DNA of 64,000 nt from Anthoceros angustus. Its lineage: Eukaryota; Plantae; Anthocerotophyta. Positions within the stretch are counted from its first letter, which is position 1. Every line of letters starts with the position of its first letter. Shown piece by piece: positions 10,863-24,231 of the stretch. The translations under genes and the position numbers were made by a program. Where the stretch lies: the NCBI GenBank assembly GCA_010909165.1, contig MU008165.1:1550001-1614000 (forward strand), given 5' to 3'. The notes beneath the pieces were generated by a model. It saw nothing but the letters and a program-made list of their open reading frames with translations, was not told the origin of the DNA and made no database searches.

Positions 10863-13800
10863 ATGGAGAGCATGCAGTATGGAGAAACTTTGGTGAAGGA
10901 GTTTCTGCTCTACCGGGGCTTCTCAAGCACTCTCCGGTCATTTGAGGAAGAGCTGCTGGCAGATTCTTCGCATGGGTTTCAGGTTGACAAGGTTGTGGAG
11001 TTGCTGTTCTCTGTCTATGTGCCGAAATTCGAGGCAGACAAGTTGAGGAGTTTGATGGTATCCTTGAAGCAGTCTCTCCTGCCCAGGGTAGAGACACACT
11101 TCCAGGGAACTCTCAGGAAGCTTGAATCGTCTCTGAACCGCTACTACATCGTGCATGCGGTACAGAAAGGTCGAGCTGACAGAGTCATAGACTTCTTCGA
11201 GAATTATGGGGATCTGTTGCTCCAAAGTGGAGATGACTGGGGCGGCTGGTTCGGTGAGAGGGACTTCTTGATACTGGAGGGGGATGTGACATTCAACTGC
11301 GGTGGTGCTGATATTAGGCTTGGTCGTGCTGTGATTCTGCAGCTATCCCTTATATGAAGAATCCAAGCGTGGACGCCCGTTTCCATGTTTATTTCACGAA
11401 GGAGTGGCTGGATACCTTGATGGTATCGTTCCGCAATTTCCTTTCTGAAGTCTTTGACGGCATTCATATCCTTGTGACATGCTTGATTTTATGCTCTCCT
11501 TTCCTACGTTCAGGATTAGGATCGTCGTGCATGCTTACAAGCTGTCGTGTACTTAACTCATCACCGTGACACATCTGCCTTCACTGCTGAGGTTTCACGG
11601 AGAGAGGGTGAAGTTTAGGGCCATGAAGCAAGAATTAGGGCAGTTGCAGGAGAGATGTCTTCAGCTGGAGAGAGATCTGGAAGCAGCGTCATCCTCAAGG
11701 AGGTCTGTCATTTGGGCATGATGAATAGACAGGTTTCACGCATAACTAGAGTTCCTTAACATGGTTGAATGCAGAAGTGCATCTGGGTTACAATCCAAGC
11801 TGCCTAGCAAAGTCGATTCCAGCTGCGTTACATTTCTGATGTGTGTTCAGGCCTTCTTCAAGCTCAATTCGTGATCAGATAAATTTCCAGCGCCTGTCTA
11901 GTGGAAAGAGTCTTTCTGATTATGCTAGAGCCAGCCGGGCTTCTGCAAGCAGCAAAAGTCAACAGCTCTTGCTGACTTCCAAACCTTATTCTGGTACACA
12001 TTATGAATCCTCTGAAGATGAACAACAAACCTTGAAGGATGAACTAGCTCTGGTGCCCTGGCAAAACGAGCTTTTTAACCAAGAAGCAAGCGATCTCATG
12101 GGGATTACTACAGGTTCTTTCTCTGTCGCTTTAGTATTCTCTACGCAAGAAGTGTCCATATGTTTGAGACCTTCATGCAGTGCTGCAGCTCAATGGGGTG
12201 GGTTTCATGCAAGCCTAAGTTGCTTACCTTGAAATGTCCTCAGGTGGAGTTGTGTCTGATAACAGCGCGAGTAGTTTGTCAGAGGAGGAAACAGTGTCTG
12301 AAGTTCACATTGAGTCTCAGGTGGGCTGGTGAGCATCCTAAGGAATGCCCTTTTAGTCTCTAGCTTTCTTTGTTCTAAGATATGTCGGAGATGGCATTAT
12401 GTGCTTGCCTCATAGTAATGTGCCATGCAGCTAATAGGTAGTAAAGTCTTTGGTTCAGGAACTCTATGCAGGTCATACAAGCTCTATCACAAGGTGCCGG
12501 TTTTCAGCTAGTGGAGCAAACATTGCAAGTGCCTCTGTTGATGGCACAGTCAGGTAAATCGGTTGTGTTTCCTAACGGTTTCAGCAATTCATGAATACAT
12601 GAAGTGCTAATATCCAAAAATCATGCAGAATATGGGCTCCTGACACCTTGCATGGGTCAACCTCACGGAATGCAACCATCTACTGTGGTTCAGAAGTTTT
12701 GTCCTTGGAATGGGAGTATAAGTCTGACCGCCTGGTAAAGCTCTCACTACATAGTTGGTGCTTGGTGTGTTCTCGATGATAAGGTTGCCTTCTCATGCGG
12801 TTCGCAGCTTTTGCTGATTAGAGTTTGGCAGCCACTTTTTGCGACTGCTAATAATAGTCTGATTGCGTTGCAGCTGCTGCTAGGCACCTCTGTGGGTGGC
12901 ATCAAGGTGTGGAACGTGGAGGGCAAACGAGTTGTGTGCAACCTTCTCAGTAATGCAGCCTTTCCGAGGTTGCTTAGCCACTACCACACAGCATGGTTCC
13001 CCCATCAGATATTGTCTGCTTGTGCAACACGCTAAGACTGTTGGCACTGTCTGCATCCAAACGTGCAGGGTTTTGGATTTGAAGTGCAGCCCGACAGATC
13101 CGATTTTCGTATCTGCTGCTGCATCTGAGGGGTACGTGCCATCTTGACTGCAGGTGGTATCAAATTTGCACCCATGGAAACTCTTCCATTGTTCCAGAGT
13201 ATGTTAGCCTGTAGACTTATCAACAACGCTGTGCTGACCAGGCATCTTGGTGATGGTATTGAAGCAATGGGCTTTGGCTCGCTCACTGTCTGGAATATGA
13301 GACTTTGGAAACCTGTGGTATAGCACCGGCCTGTTCTACTACTCTTCTCAGAGAAATGGACTCCGTGTCGATGTGATTCAGATGCTGGGTCTCAGATTTT
13401 CTGTTTGGTTCCTGCAGAACTTATTGCCTCTTGGCCAAGACCCGCCTGCAGTTACATCAGTTTGCTTCAACCACAACGGGAAAATTGTCGCAGCGGGTGC
13501 AACCGATGGCATGATCCGTCTCTTTGGTATCCTTGACTCTTTATTTTCAGTTACTTTGTGAGATAATCTGTGCAGATTATCTTCTGGAAAACACTCATCC
13601 TCAACCAAAAAAAAAGACATGAATGGATTCCAACCCATAACAGGGTGGCCAGTCCATGACTCCTGTCCTGTAAGCTGTGTCCGATTCGGCCATGACCAGG
13701 CCAGCATTTGGAGCCTTGGCTCAGATGGCAAGGTACCCACACTGTCTTGATTTCACTATCTGCAGGAGGCTCGGCAAAATGTGTTCTGAAGAGCGCTCTC

Positions 13801-14301
13801 CTGTTTCGCAGCTTGTTGAGTGGAGTATTCACAATCAAGGCCAGATATTGCAATCTATTGATACCAGCAGGTACGTTCCTCTGTCACGATAACATCTGGT
13901 TTCCATTCATCTCGGACACATAATCCCATAACAAAATGCCCTCGTGTACAGCTTCACGTCCTTAGAGACTTCAACAGTACCACGACATGAATTTGCGTTG
14001 GATGCTTTGGGGAAAAGTGTACTTGTGACCTCCAACAACAATTATGCGTCAATGTACTCAGTAAGTCAAGTAGTAGCTTCATTCCCAAATTCCCCTCGTC
14101 TTGCTTGCTGCAGGGATCAGCATAAATATCTTCTGCTCATTTGACTTATGTGCTGTCTTCCTGTAGTTGGGTCAAAGCTTGAAAGCTCAAAAGACGGTGG
14201 AACAGACAGGTGCAATCACCTCTGTCGACTGGCATCCCATACAAGCAGTCTATGCAACAGGGTCGGCGGATCATTCAGTTCAGATCACTACTATCCGTTG
14301 A
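10863..14301 (+). CDS. WDR91: WD repeat-containing protein 91 homolog
   Basis: N-terminus LVKEFLLYRGFSSTLRSFEEEL...GFQVDKVV, then WLDTLMVSFRNFLS, and WD40 repeats GHTSSITRCRFS, TSVCFNHNGKIVAAGATDGMIRLFD, AITSVDWHP. TGA at 14299-14301. Confidence 0.92.
11466..11572 (+). other. U12-type (minor spliceosome) AT-AC intron in WDR91
   Basis: 5' ATATCCTT, branch-like TACTTAAC near 11550, 3' AC. Splicing restores FDGI-H-LPSLLRF. Confidence 0.88.
13527..13616 (+). other. U12-type GT-AG intron in WDR91
   Basis: 5' GTATCCTT, branch-like ATCCTCAAC about 11 nt before the AG, no polypyrimidine tract (an A-run instead). Splicing restores IRLF-D-MNGFQPITGWPVH. Confidence 0.82.
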
Positions 14302-14619
14302 GGGCTTGTAGGCAATTCCCTGTATTCGTATACTAACCCACTCTACTATATCCGGGATGGCAAAACAGTTCCGGGATGTGTAAAGTTTTGATCTTGCGTC
14401 TTACGAGGAAGTGGCAATCTGGTGGGCCTGGAAGCGTTCCTGGCACGTTGATGTACTTTACAATGTGAGTGACAAGATGGCAAAGACAACTGCAGCTTGA
14501 GTTCAACTCGCACAGCCCTCGCTGTCCCTGGAGTAGTTAGTAATCAAGTTTGCCTTTATGTCACGCTGTACCTGATGGGTTGGGCTTGAAGTACATGAAT
14601 TTTTCCTGGCCCAGAAAAG

Positions 14620-17600
14620 TTAAGTGGTTGAGATGCGGCCCTGATCCCAGCCAAAAGCCGGAGCGCCCAACACCTGAAGCATCGCCGCGTGTGGTATAGT
14701 AATGACATGAACGATCATAAGCCTCAACGAAAAGATGCAATATACTCACACTATATTCCCAATGTGCCCAGATGTGGGAACAATGGTAGGTTACTCGAGC
14801 CCCGAAGTACAAGACCAGGCACCACCAGACACCGCACAATCCCCATTTTGCGCTGTATGTCAGAGCCAAGGCTGAGAGAACGCCTGCCAAGTTGATGAAC
14901 TGCATGCGATAGAAGTAGGCGATATCACCTGCAAATCAGAAAAAACCTTGTGAATATTCTTTGGAATGTATGAACCAGAATGCTGCTTACGTCCTTCAAA
15001 GTCAGAGAATATCCACCTGCTCCAATAGCAATGCCTTCGATGACGACGGCTAGAGCACACAGGATTTCGCTCAGCATACTTTGGGGCGTGACACTGACAA
15101 CTAACTGCCTCACAGCAGCGTCTGAGCTAAACCATGAGGAAGCGAAGACATGGATAGAGCCAACACAGATCGCAAGAACTAATCCTAAAACAAATGACAG
15201 AGTTACAAGCATCCGTGCCATCTTGCTTGCTCTCTGCAAATGCGGGATTCCACTATCAGTTAGAACCCTAGGAACTGTTACTGGCTAGTCAACCGACAAA
15301 TCGTATAGTTTGGATTGCATCATACCCTTGGATAGAGCTTGACATCCTTTGCGATTAAGGATTGGGCAGCCACTGACAGGGAGTCTGGGAAAAAGCTCAA
15401 TGTCCAGAAAGTCTGAAAAGAGGCGTCTTACTCATATAAGGCATCCATTGGTCAGAGGATAATCGAGATCCAAGGCAAGCGCAGGGAGAAAAACCTCCAT
15501 TGCAACTTGATGCGCAGCGATCTCAATAGTCCCTGCTTCGGCTGCTACTTTTGTCATCGCCGTGTAGATAATCTGAAACTCGCAAGTTGCCAGTCACACT
15601 TAAAAAGTTGTCAAAGATCATGAAAAGAAGGATGCATCAAAACTGCTGCTGGAATTACCTACCATTCCCAAAACGGAACGTATGACCAATGGACCGGCCA
15701 TGGCAATAAAAGGGCCGAGTGCTTCTTGTGAGGGAAGTCCATACCAGCCAACTACAAACGGAAGTGCAGCTGGTAGACGTAAGCCTTCTGTTTCTGATAA
15801 ACAAGGTTCATGTTCTCCATGTACTGACTCCTTGTGGTGGAGAAGGTTCCCATTCAAGGACTTTGCTAACAAGCATACTGCCACACACTGAGCACCACAA
15901 GTTGCCCAGGCTGCTCCAGCAATTCCCCTGCACTTTGACAAGACGCCATATATTGAAGGTCACCAGCTGACTCGCTATTGAGATAACTGTATGCAGGGAT
16001 GAAGGAAAAACGAGCAGATCATACCATCTGGCCCACAGAGTGAAAACCATGTCACCAATGAAATTGCACATTGCTGCTGCAAAGCTAATCGCTAGGGGTG
16101 TTTTGGCATCCTGCCTCCCCATGAAAGCTCCTTGACCAACAATCAGAATAATCACCGCTGGAGCTGTGTCAGAACAAGCAAAAATATCACACCGTGACCA
16201 GCTAGAACAAAAAGTCGTGCCATAACTACCACTCCTGTCAGTTATTATCTCGGAAATAAGAAGACTATGTCTCAAGAAAGATGGGCACAAAGCACTGTCA
16301 GCAAAGCCTCCACTACATTGGAAGTATCTCAGTTTAAAATGCAAATTGACCATGCTCAAGGCCTTCGCACCAGACAGTGCACGGATCCGTAGGTAGGTGA
16401 TCGCAGGTCCGAAGTACTCCTCCTTTGCACCCATCATAGCCAGAAAATGTGCTGCTAATAATTCCAGAGCCAGCAAAACTGCCAGACCGACCACCACAGC
16501 CAGAAACAATGCATTGCTCAACACCCGCGATGCCTGAACATCCCATTCCCATATCCCCGGAATTGAGCGCATGACAACACAATGAAAATACGATAAACGA
16601 TAAAATCAGTAACATCATCAGATCCTTAACATAAATCAGCCATTTACTTCCACCAAAGTACCTCCAATTGGTGTGCTCTTCCCTCTTCAAGAGTAACGGC
16701 TGTTGTGCCAATGTGTGCTACAAGGTTGCACGTTGTCGTGCCTAGAAATTCAAAAGCCTACCCCAAAGAGAGAGACGCTGATGTGCAAGGGTAAATACGT
16801 CGTCAAACAGTAAATCAACGGAAAATATTACCTGGAAAACAAAATTGAAGATGGAAGTGTTCGGGCCTAAAGCAGCCAATTGAACAGCACTTGTTTGACC
16901 AACACAGCCAGTATCGATGAGGCTCATCAGCGGATCAGATAACCTGCCAGCACAGTCAGGTTACTGAAGAAGAAGCCCTTCCATCCAGGATTGTCCACAA
17001 ATGCGCTAATACTTACACAGCTCCTAATGCGGGGACTGCCAAGGTCAAAATGCTCTTCAAAATATCCTTCTTGTCTTCCTTCTTTAAGCTCAAAGCTACA
17101 CTATTTCGCATTCCTCATTAGAAACAGTACATCTCTAAGAAGGAAAAACAAAACAACACAACTGCCACATACCTTCTGCAAGACAAACCCCCTCCTCACC
17201 ATCTTCTTCCAAGTCAGGCACGTCAAACATGTCATTTCCTGTCTGCTCCTTTATCATTGCCATCGCTGCAGCAGGTTGCGATCCGGTCCCTGACTCTTCA
17301 GATTCAGCCAAAGACTGCATGGCATTGAATTCAAATCAGCAAGACCTGGAGTAGTTTGTTTCCTCTGGACTCTAAGCCTTTGCGCTATTCCCCCAACATA
17401 TACTGTATCAGGAGCATCTGAGGTTGGCGCCTATTAAACCCATATTGCTCCTGAAAACTGTGCAACCACTTACAGGGAATAAACTGCATGACCCCCACGT
17501 TTCCTTTGCGTCCTTATTGAGGGGTGAGGTCGACAGGCTAATGACCGTATTGGGAGGCTTGTCGTGCTGGCACCCAAACCAATTGAACACACACTCTTGC

Positions 17601-17680
17601 GGAGATAGTGCGGCCCTACTTAGGCCGAACTTCCGCATATTTTTGTACTTGCCTCTCGGGGCACCCAAATTAATCTAAAC
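14620..17680 (-). CDS. MATE/DTX efflux transporter, DinF-like plastid subgroup (DTX44-47/EDS5-like)
   Basis: DPLMSLIDTGCVGQTSAVQLAALGPNTSIF, YLRIRALS/APAV, GIAGAAWAT, IAAHQVAM, LSVAAQSLIA, WGLCGVWW. First and last exons are approximate. Confidence 0.88.
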
Positions 17681-18156
17681 ATGCAATCCTGCATAACTGC
17701 ACGTTGTTTCGATCGCATGGCAAGAGGATATGTCATTGAAAGACTCCTGGCAGCTACAACGATGTCAGCGGATACGAGAAGGATGCAGGAATGCCACTTC
17801 CGAGAATAGCAGCTGGCTAGACTTGATCGAGCGGACGAAGTGTCACCGATCGGTGAACTGACCGGATCATCTGTTATGCACCTTCAGAGGAATCTCGTGA
17901 CACGTAGTCTGTGTGATGTGCAACCAGCTTGACGAGGCACCGCATAAGGAGGGAAGTGACACAACACCAAAAATCATGACAACCAGCGTTTTCTTTTCTC
18001 ATCATGATGATTATGTGTTTTGTGTCACAGATCCAGATGCAAGAGACTGGAGTCCTACCAAGTTGAGTGGGACAAACATACTTTGCGCAACAGACGTGGA
18101 TTTCAGTTGATATAGATGACATGGAGTGCAGGACATAAGAGGCAGAATGGAGGGGG

Positions 18157-21100
18157 TTATTGAGAGTTCAATTGCAGTGAAACTAGGTGATAGTAAACTC
18201 CGTCGGGGTCCTCCATCAGCCTCTCGTGTGTTCCCACTTCCACCACCTCACCTTTGCGGACGACAGCTATCTTGTCGGCATTTCTAACAGTTGATAGCCT
18301 GTGGGCGACTATCACAGTGGTTCTATCACGGGAAATTTTCTCTAATGCTACTTGGACTTTGTGCTCTGACTCGGTGTCCAATGCACTTGTGGCCTCATCA
18401 AGCAACAGGATCTTAGGATCCTTAAGGACTGCTCTGGCAATGGCAATCCTCTGCTTCTGGCCTCCTGACAGCTGAACTCCTCGTTCCCCGACCTGTACAG
18501 CAGAAAGAGCATGATCAGCAACCTTTCCAACCGAGATGACATGCTGGGATTCTGGTTACTTGGGTACATACCTGTGTGTCGTATCCCTCTGCTAGCGAGC
18601 AAATGAAACTGTGGACGTTGGCTGCGCGCGCTGCCTGTTCGACCTCCTGAGTAGTTGCATCCTGCTTCCCATGCAAAATGTTTTCCTGAATTGTACCAGC
18701 GAACAACACCGGCTCTTGACCCACAAGCGACATCTGCTGTCTGAGCCATTTAACCTTGAGAAGCCTGATATCGGTGCCATCCAGCAAGACCTTGCCCGAG
18801 TCTGGGTCGTAAAATCGCTGAATGAGCGAGATGACGGTGGACTTGCCACTACCACTGCTACCCACCAGAGCCACAGTGCAGCCAGAAGGGATCTTGAGGT
18901 TGAAATGTTGGAAGATAGGGATGTGGGGTCGAGCTGGGTAGGAAAAGCAAACTTTTTGGAACTCAATCGTCCCCTTGACTTTCTCCAGACGGTTTGCCTA
19001 TCACAGAGAAGAACGTGATTCAGGTACATGTCATGTCACAGACGGTAGTTGAACAGAGAAAAACATGTTAATGAACATAATAGCAATAGCACCTTCGGAT
19101 CAAGAACATCAATCTTGGGTTTTCGTTTCAGAATCGAAAACACAGACTGCGCTGCTGCAACACTCTTGGAAGAGTCTGGAGCCATTTGCGCAATTTGACC
19201 CACAGAGAATGAACTTAGGATCAGGATCAAAAAGATCTTTAGCACAACTCCAAAATTTGTTTCTCCTTTCTGAACCAGGGTGGACCCATACCACAGGGTC
19301 AAGGTATAGCCTCCATACATCAATGCCTGTGACGCTCCTAGAGCGGCCCCAGCTGTCTGAGCGCTTTTGAAGGACTCCTGCAAAGGAAGCGACAAAGCCT
19401 GGTTGAACAAGGTCACCACCTTATCCTCAGAGGCGAAGGAAGCTACTGTTCGGATATTTCCAATGGCCTCAGCAGCAATGCCTCCTGCTCTGGCATAAAC
19501 ATCATCTTGGCCTCCAACACCCACGTTCAATATTATTTGCATATAGTTTGCTCCAAGAAAGATAGGTGTGACAGCAATTGCAACCAAAGTCATCTTCAAG
19601 TTCAGAATAGCACAGATGATTAATCCCACACCGATAGCTGCCACACCCATGAAAAGAATCGAGAAACGGTCACCAAGTAGCCCTCGCACATAGGCGGAGT
19701 CAGCAGATAAGCGAGAAAGAATAGCTCCAGATGTATTCTCATCCTTGTCGAACCAGCCTACTTCCTGTCGCAACAATGTTTCGAAAAGTTTTTCTCGCAC
19801 TCTCCGTGTCAGCCTGATTCCAGCCCAGTTGGAGAAGCCGTGCTGGCCAGTCATGGAGATGATAGCAAGTATCCCCAAGCCAATGTACACACTAGCCCAA
19901 AGATTGACCTGCCTCCGCATCTTTGCATGATCCTCGTTGAAATAGACATACACCACTTCGCCCATGATAAAAGCAAAGAAGGGAAAGATGATCCCTGCAT
20001 TGATGCCATTGAAGAACCCAAGGATCAGAAGTGGGATCTCTGTTTTATTCAAAGCAAGGATGTCACTCAATTTAACATTTGGCTTCTCAGGTGCCTGCAC
20101 CTGCGTTGGAGGAAGCTCCATCAGCAAAGGGGAAAAAAGTCCATTTTGGAATTGTAGCAAGCAAGATTTATTTCTACTGGGACATGGCACCACGATAAAT
20201 AAAACACTCCACACTCTACTCATCCCTTACCTTTTCAACCCCATGGACTGATTCGTTTTCAGAAACATCCTTTGCCGGAGTCATCATAGGTGTCATGCCT
20301 TCACTGTTTCTTGCTTTCACAGGAAGTGCACCCTTATCCGTGTTCACATTTGCCATGTTGACCAAGCTAAAATAAACCCCACCCTTGGCCATCAGCTGCT
20401 CATGCTTTCCCAGTTCTACCACCTCTCCTTTACTGACTACCGCAATTAAGTCCACATTTCGGATTGTGGAAAGACGATGAGCTATCACTATTGTGGTTCG
20501 CTTCACCATCATTCGGTCCAGAGCATCTTGAACAATATGCTCAGACTCCGTGTCCAAAGCACTTGTTGCTTCATCAAGAAGCAAAATTTTTGGATCCTTA
20601 AGGACCGCGCGGGCGATTGCAATCCGCTGCTTTTGACCACCTGACAGTTGTACACCTCTCTCACCAACCTGAAGATCCCCATGAAGGAGCACCAACATTA
20701 GCACACCTGAAACACCAAAAGATGAGACCAAGATATGACCCATCCCAACACAAATGGAGTTGTTGACGACTCTGCAGAGGCAAGAAAGTTAGATGCTGCA
20801 CCTGAGTCTCATACTTATCCGTCAACAGCTGAATGAAAGAATCAGCATTTGCTGCTTGGGCAGCTTTGATGATTTCCTTCATCGATGCTCCTTCCTTCCC
20901 ATATGAGATGTTGTCCCCTATTGTGGTAGCATACAAGACTGGCTCTTGCCCTACTAGCCCGATCTGTTTCCTTAACCATCGAAGTTGGAGCTCACGAATA
21001 TCCACACGATCCAGGAGTACTGAACCTGCAATATGACGTCCCAAATTATGAAATTGTGAGGTTAACAGTGTCAGAAGTGCGAGATAGTTCACAGTCATAA

Positions 21101-24100
21101 GAACCTAAAGGGAGAAAGCAGACTGAAAGCCGTCTGTATCTTCAAGGACACACAGGTCAGCCCATATCCTATTTCAACATGATGAGCATGCTTACCCTTG
21201 TCAGGGTCATAGAACCTTTCCAGAAGTGCAAAGGCAGTTGATTTGCCGCTGCCACTCGGACCAACCAATGCAACTGTCTTGCCTGCAGGGACTGTCAGGG
21301 AAAAATTCTTGAAAATCTGAACATCCAGCCGAGCTGGATACGTGAAGTCCACTTTCTGGAACTCTATGGTACCATGAACTTTATTAGGGGTCTTGCCATC
21401 GGGCCCATCAACATCTATCACTGGAACCCTGTTTATCATCCCAAACACTCGAAAAGCGGCCACCCCACCTTGTGCAAAATTTGCAAGATATGGGGCAGCA
21501 AGTCCCAAGCCCCTGCAGCATGCCCGAATGAAAACACGTCATGTCAGAGAGCATTCAGAATAGCAAACACGTAAGAAACGAGGGGCACCAAACTGTGTTA
21601 GACAACAGACACTTATGACAGAGCCTCTGGCAAAGAACTTACTTTCCCCCAACAATAACTCCAAAAAAGCAAGCTATGGCAGCTCCTCCTGATAGTTCGC
21701 CTTTTTGTATGAGGATGGACCCGTACCAGAGAGCCAAAGCCCATGTTCCATACATAACCAGGTAGATGATGCCAATACCAAGGCCCCGAGCGAACCCTAC
21801 TTTGAGCCCAAATGGAAGAGATTTAGCAAGCAGATCTGAGTACCGTGCAGTAAACTGATCCTCAGCAACAAAGGAGTACACAGTTCTGATCGCACTAAGT
21901 GCTTGCTCGGCAAGGTTCCCAGCTTCATAGTAGGCTTCCTGTAGTCGTTCAGCAGACCATCATCCATATGGACTGACAGCTAGCAGCCCGACAGTAGTGC
22001 ACGCAATTAGAGCAAGACTTGAAGGATACCTCTTCTTTGGAGGCCAGATCAATGTACACAGTCCGCTGCACTTTGCCACATACAATCATGAGAGGTGTCA
22101 CCGCAAACACCACGAGTGACACCTTCCATGATTTCAAGATGCCAACTGTGTACCCCGACACAAATGTAGCTAGATGATGGATGAAATTGCCCACCTGCAA
22201 TGACACCATCCATGTTTCAGAGTTTTCCATAACAAGCGTACCTCATTGACCAAATTTTGCCTTTTTTGGCCTCCAAACTCATCCAAAAAGTACACCTTCG
22301 AGACTATTTACACAAAGAACAGTCACTACCTTCTCACCGATAGCATCTTGAATGATGGCAACATCGGCAGAAATGTTGTTCATCACTTCACCGGTGGAAA
22401 TCACAGTATCAAAGAACCCAACATCTTGACGAAGAACAGCACGCAGGTATCTTGTCCGAATTCGGGTGGCCTGTCTGTCGGCAGCCAGCATCCAGCAAGT
22501 GACCTCTGCATACCCCGAACATCACCGACAAGGCCCGCCAACTGCTCATGACACCTAACCACCACGTGCAAAGTTCCGGAGCTTACCAAGATAAGAGCCC
22601 ACGAAGATGATAAGTGACAGCCCAATCATATAGTAACATATCTGCACACGAAAATGCCAATGCGTCGATTCATCACTCTGCTCGTTCCTCAAAACCACTG
22701 TCCCAACCAAGTACCAAAAACATGCCACCCACCTGCCGCACTTCATGCATCAACTTGCTGGTGTCATTCTGATTCTGCCCAAGAGTATTGACCAACCTCC
22801 CAAACAAGAGAGAGTACCACGGTAGTGCTCCTCCATTAACAATCGCACCCATGGCCCCAATCAGCATCAGAATTTTGTCCAAAAAATCGGCAAACACAAA
22901 CAACCCGAAGAATCCCACTGTCTGGGCCCCTGTCTTAGGCTCCTGTCCCTCCTCTTCCTCCTCCTCCACATCATCGAACCTCTCCTCGTGCTGCTGCTCC
23001 TTCGCAGCATGCCCGACGGGACGTAAATTCTGCAATTTCAAATCCTCCTTACTACATCCAAGATGGTTTTACGGGTACCAAAAATACGAAATAAGATAGA
23101 AGCTCTCAAAATTGCCCAGAAAGTAAACAGACCTCAGAGGAGTCGAGTGTGTAGTCCCACACACTGGACTTGAGCCCGTCGTCCTGTGCCAAACTCAACC
23201 CTTCCTCTGGATCAACTGGCCTCACAGGGGACCTCAATCCTGCCACCCTCCCCACCCTGTCGACAGAATCCTGGTCCACAGCCACAACAACTTCGTCAGT
23301 CCACCGCAGCTCGTCTCCCAGACTCCCATGCAAAGACAGAAAGACCGTATCTCTCCCATGTATACACCTACCCGCTTCCGACCGGTAGGCGTCGGGCTGC
23401 GGAACGGGCGACCGGACGTATCGGACTTCTCGCTCTTCCTCCCCCGCTCGTAGTTACTGGGGGCAGGACTGGGCGCCGCGAGGCTATGGCGGGGCGTGAC
23501 GATTTCCCGGTCGCGCCACTGCTCCAGGAACTCGCGATGGCCCTCGAGGTCGCCTACCTCTCCGTACAACGGCGTCTGTACGGACGACCGGCGAGGGGTA
23601 TCCCACTCTCGCCTGAGACCGTAGAACTCGGAAGCCAAGGGACGGGACGCCGACCGGATGTCGATGGGGGCTACCATCGGGCTCATCGCGAAGCCCAGCG
23701 ACCCGCCCCATGCAGACCTCTCGTGGCTGACCGACGTCCGCCAGCTCCCGGTAGCCGGCGACGGCAAAGCGCTTCCCCGCCGACTCCTGGGGTCGGCGCT
23801 ATCCACTCCACATACGACTCGCCTGAGATGTCCGAGAAGCGGGGCGAGTGGTGCGAGTCGATGGAGCCTGCGTACGGTGACCGGATCGGGCCGCTGTGTC
23901 CGCCCGGCGACCGTATCGGTCCGCTGTATGCGGGCGGCGACCGTACCGGTCCGCTGAGATCCGGTGGCTCGCGGAGCCGCCCGCTCAGGGCGCCGCCCGT
24001 GGACGACAGCGATCCGCTGAAGCGCCGGCTGCCGTGATCTGTGAAGGAGCTCCGGCGGGGAGGAGACACAGAACTGCGTCTGCCGTCCTGCATTTTGGTA

Positions 24101-24231
24101 AGCAATGTCCCTGTCAAATGTGTTTGTTCCTAACCAAAAGCCTCCCTTGCTTCGTTTCTAAGATGCTCCAGCTTGCTCACATATGACTCGGAGATCTTCG
24201 GATTTGCGATCAAGCGCCTCCCCTTGCTCAT
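18157..24231 (-). CDS. Full-size ABCB (P-glycoprotein/MDR) transporter with a long Ser/Pro/Arg-rich N-terminal extension
   Basis: TMD1-NBD1-TMD2-NBD2 layout: Walker [10 protein letters not shown] and GSSGSGKST, two [14 protein letters not shown] signatures, two [11 protein letters not shown]. First exon [17 protein letters not shown] (24231-24181) splices in frame to 24087. Two apparent frameshifts lie in the extension (see findings). Confidence 0.95.

Noticed and set aside
21939-22029. ABCB intron starting GTATCCTT (U12-like donor)
   Set aside because: The branch region (CTGCTGAAC) is a poor match to TCCTTAAC, so it cannot be called U12 without scoring.
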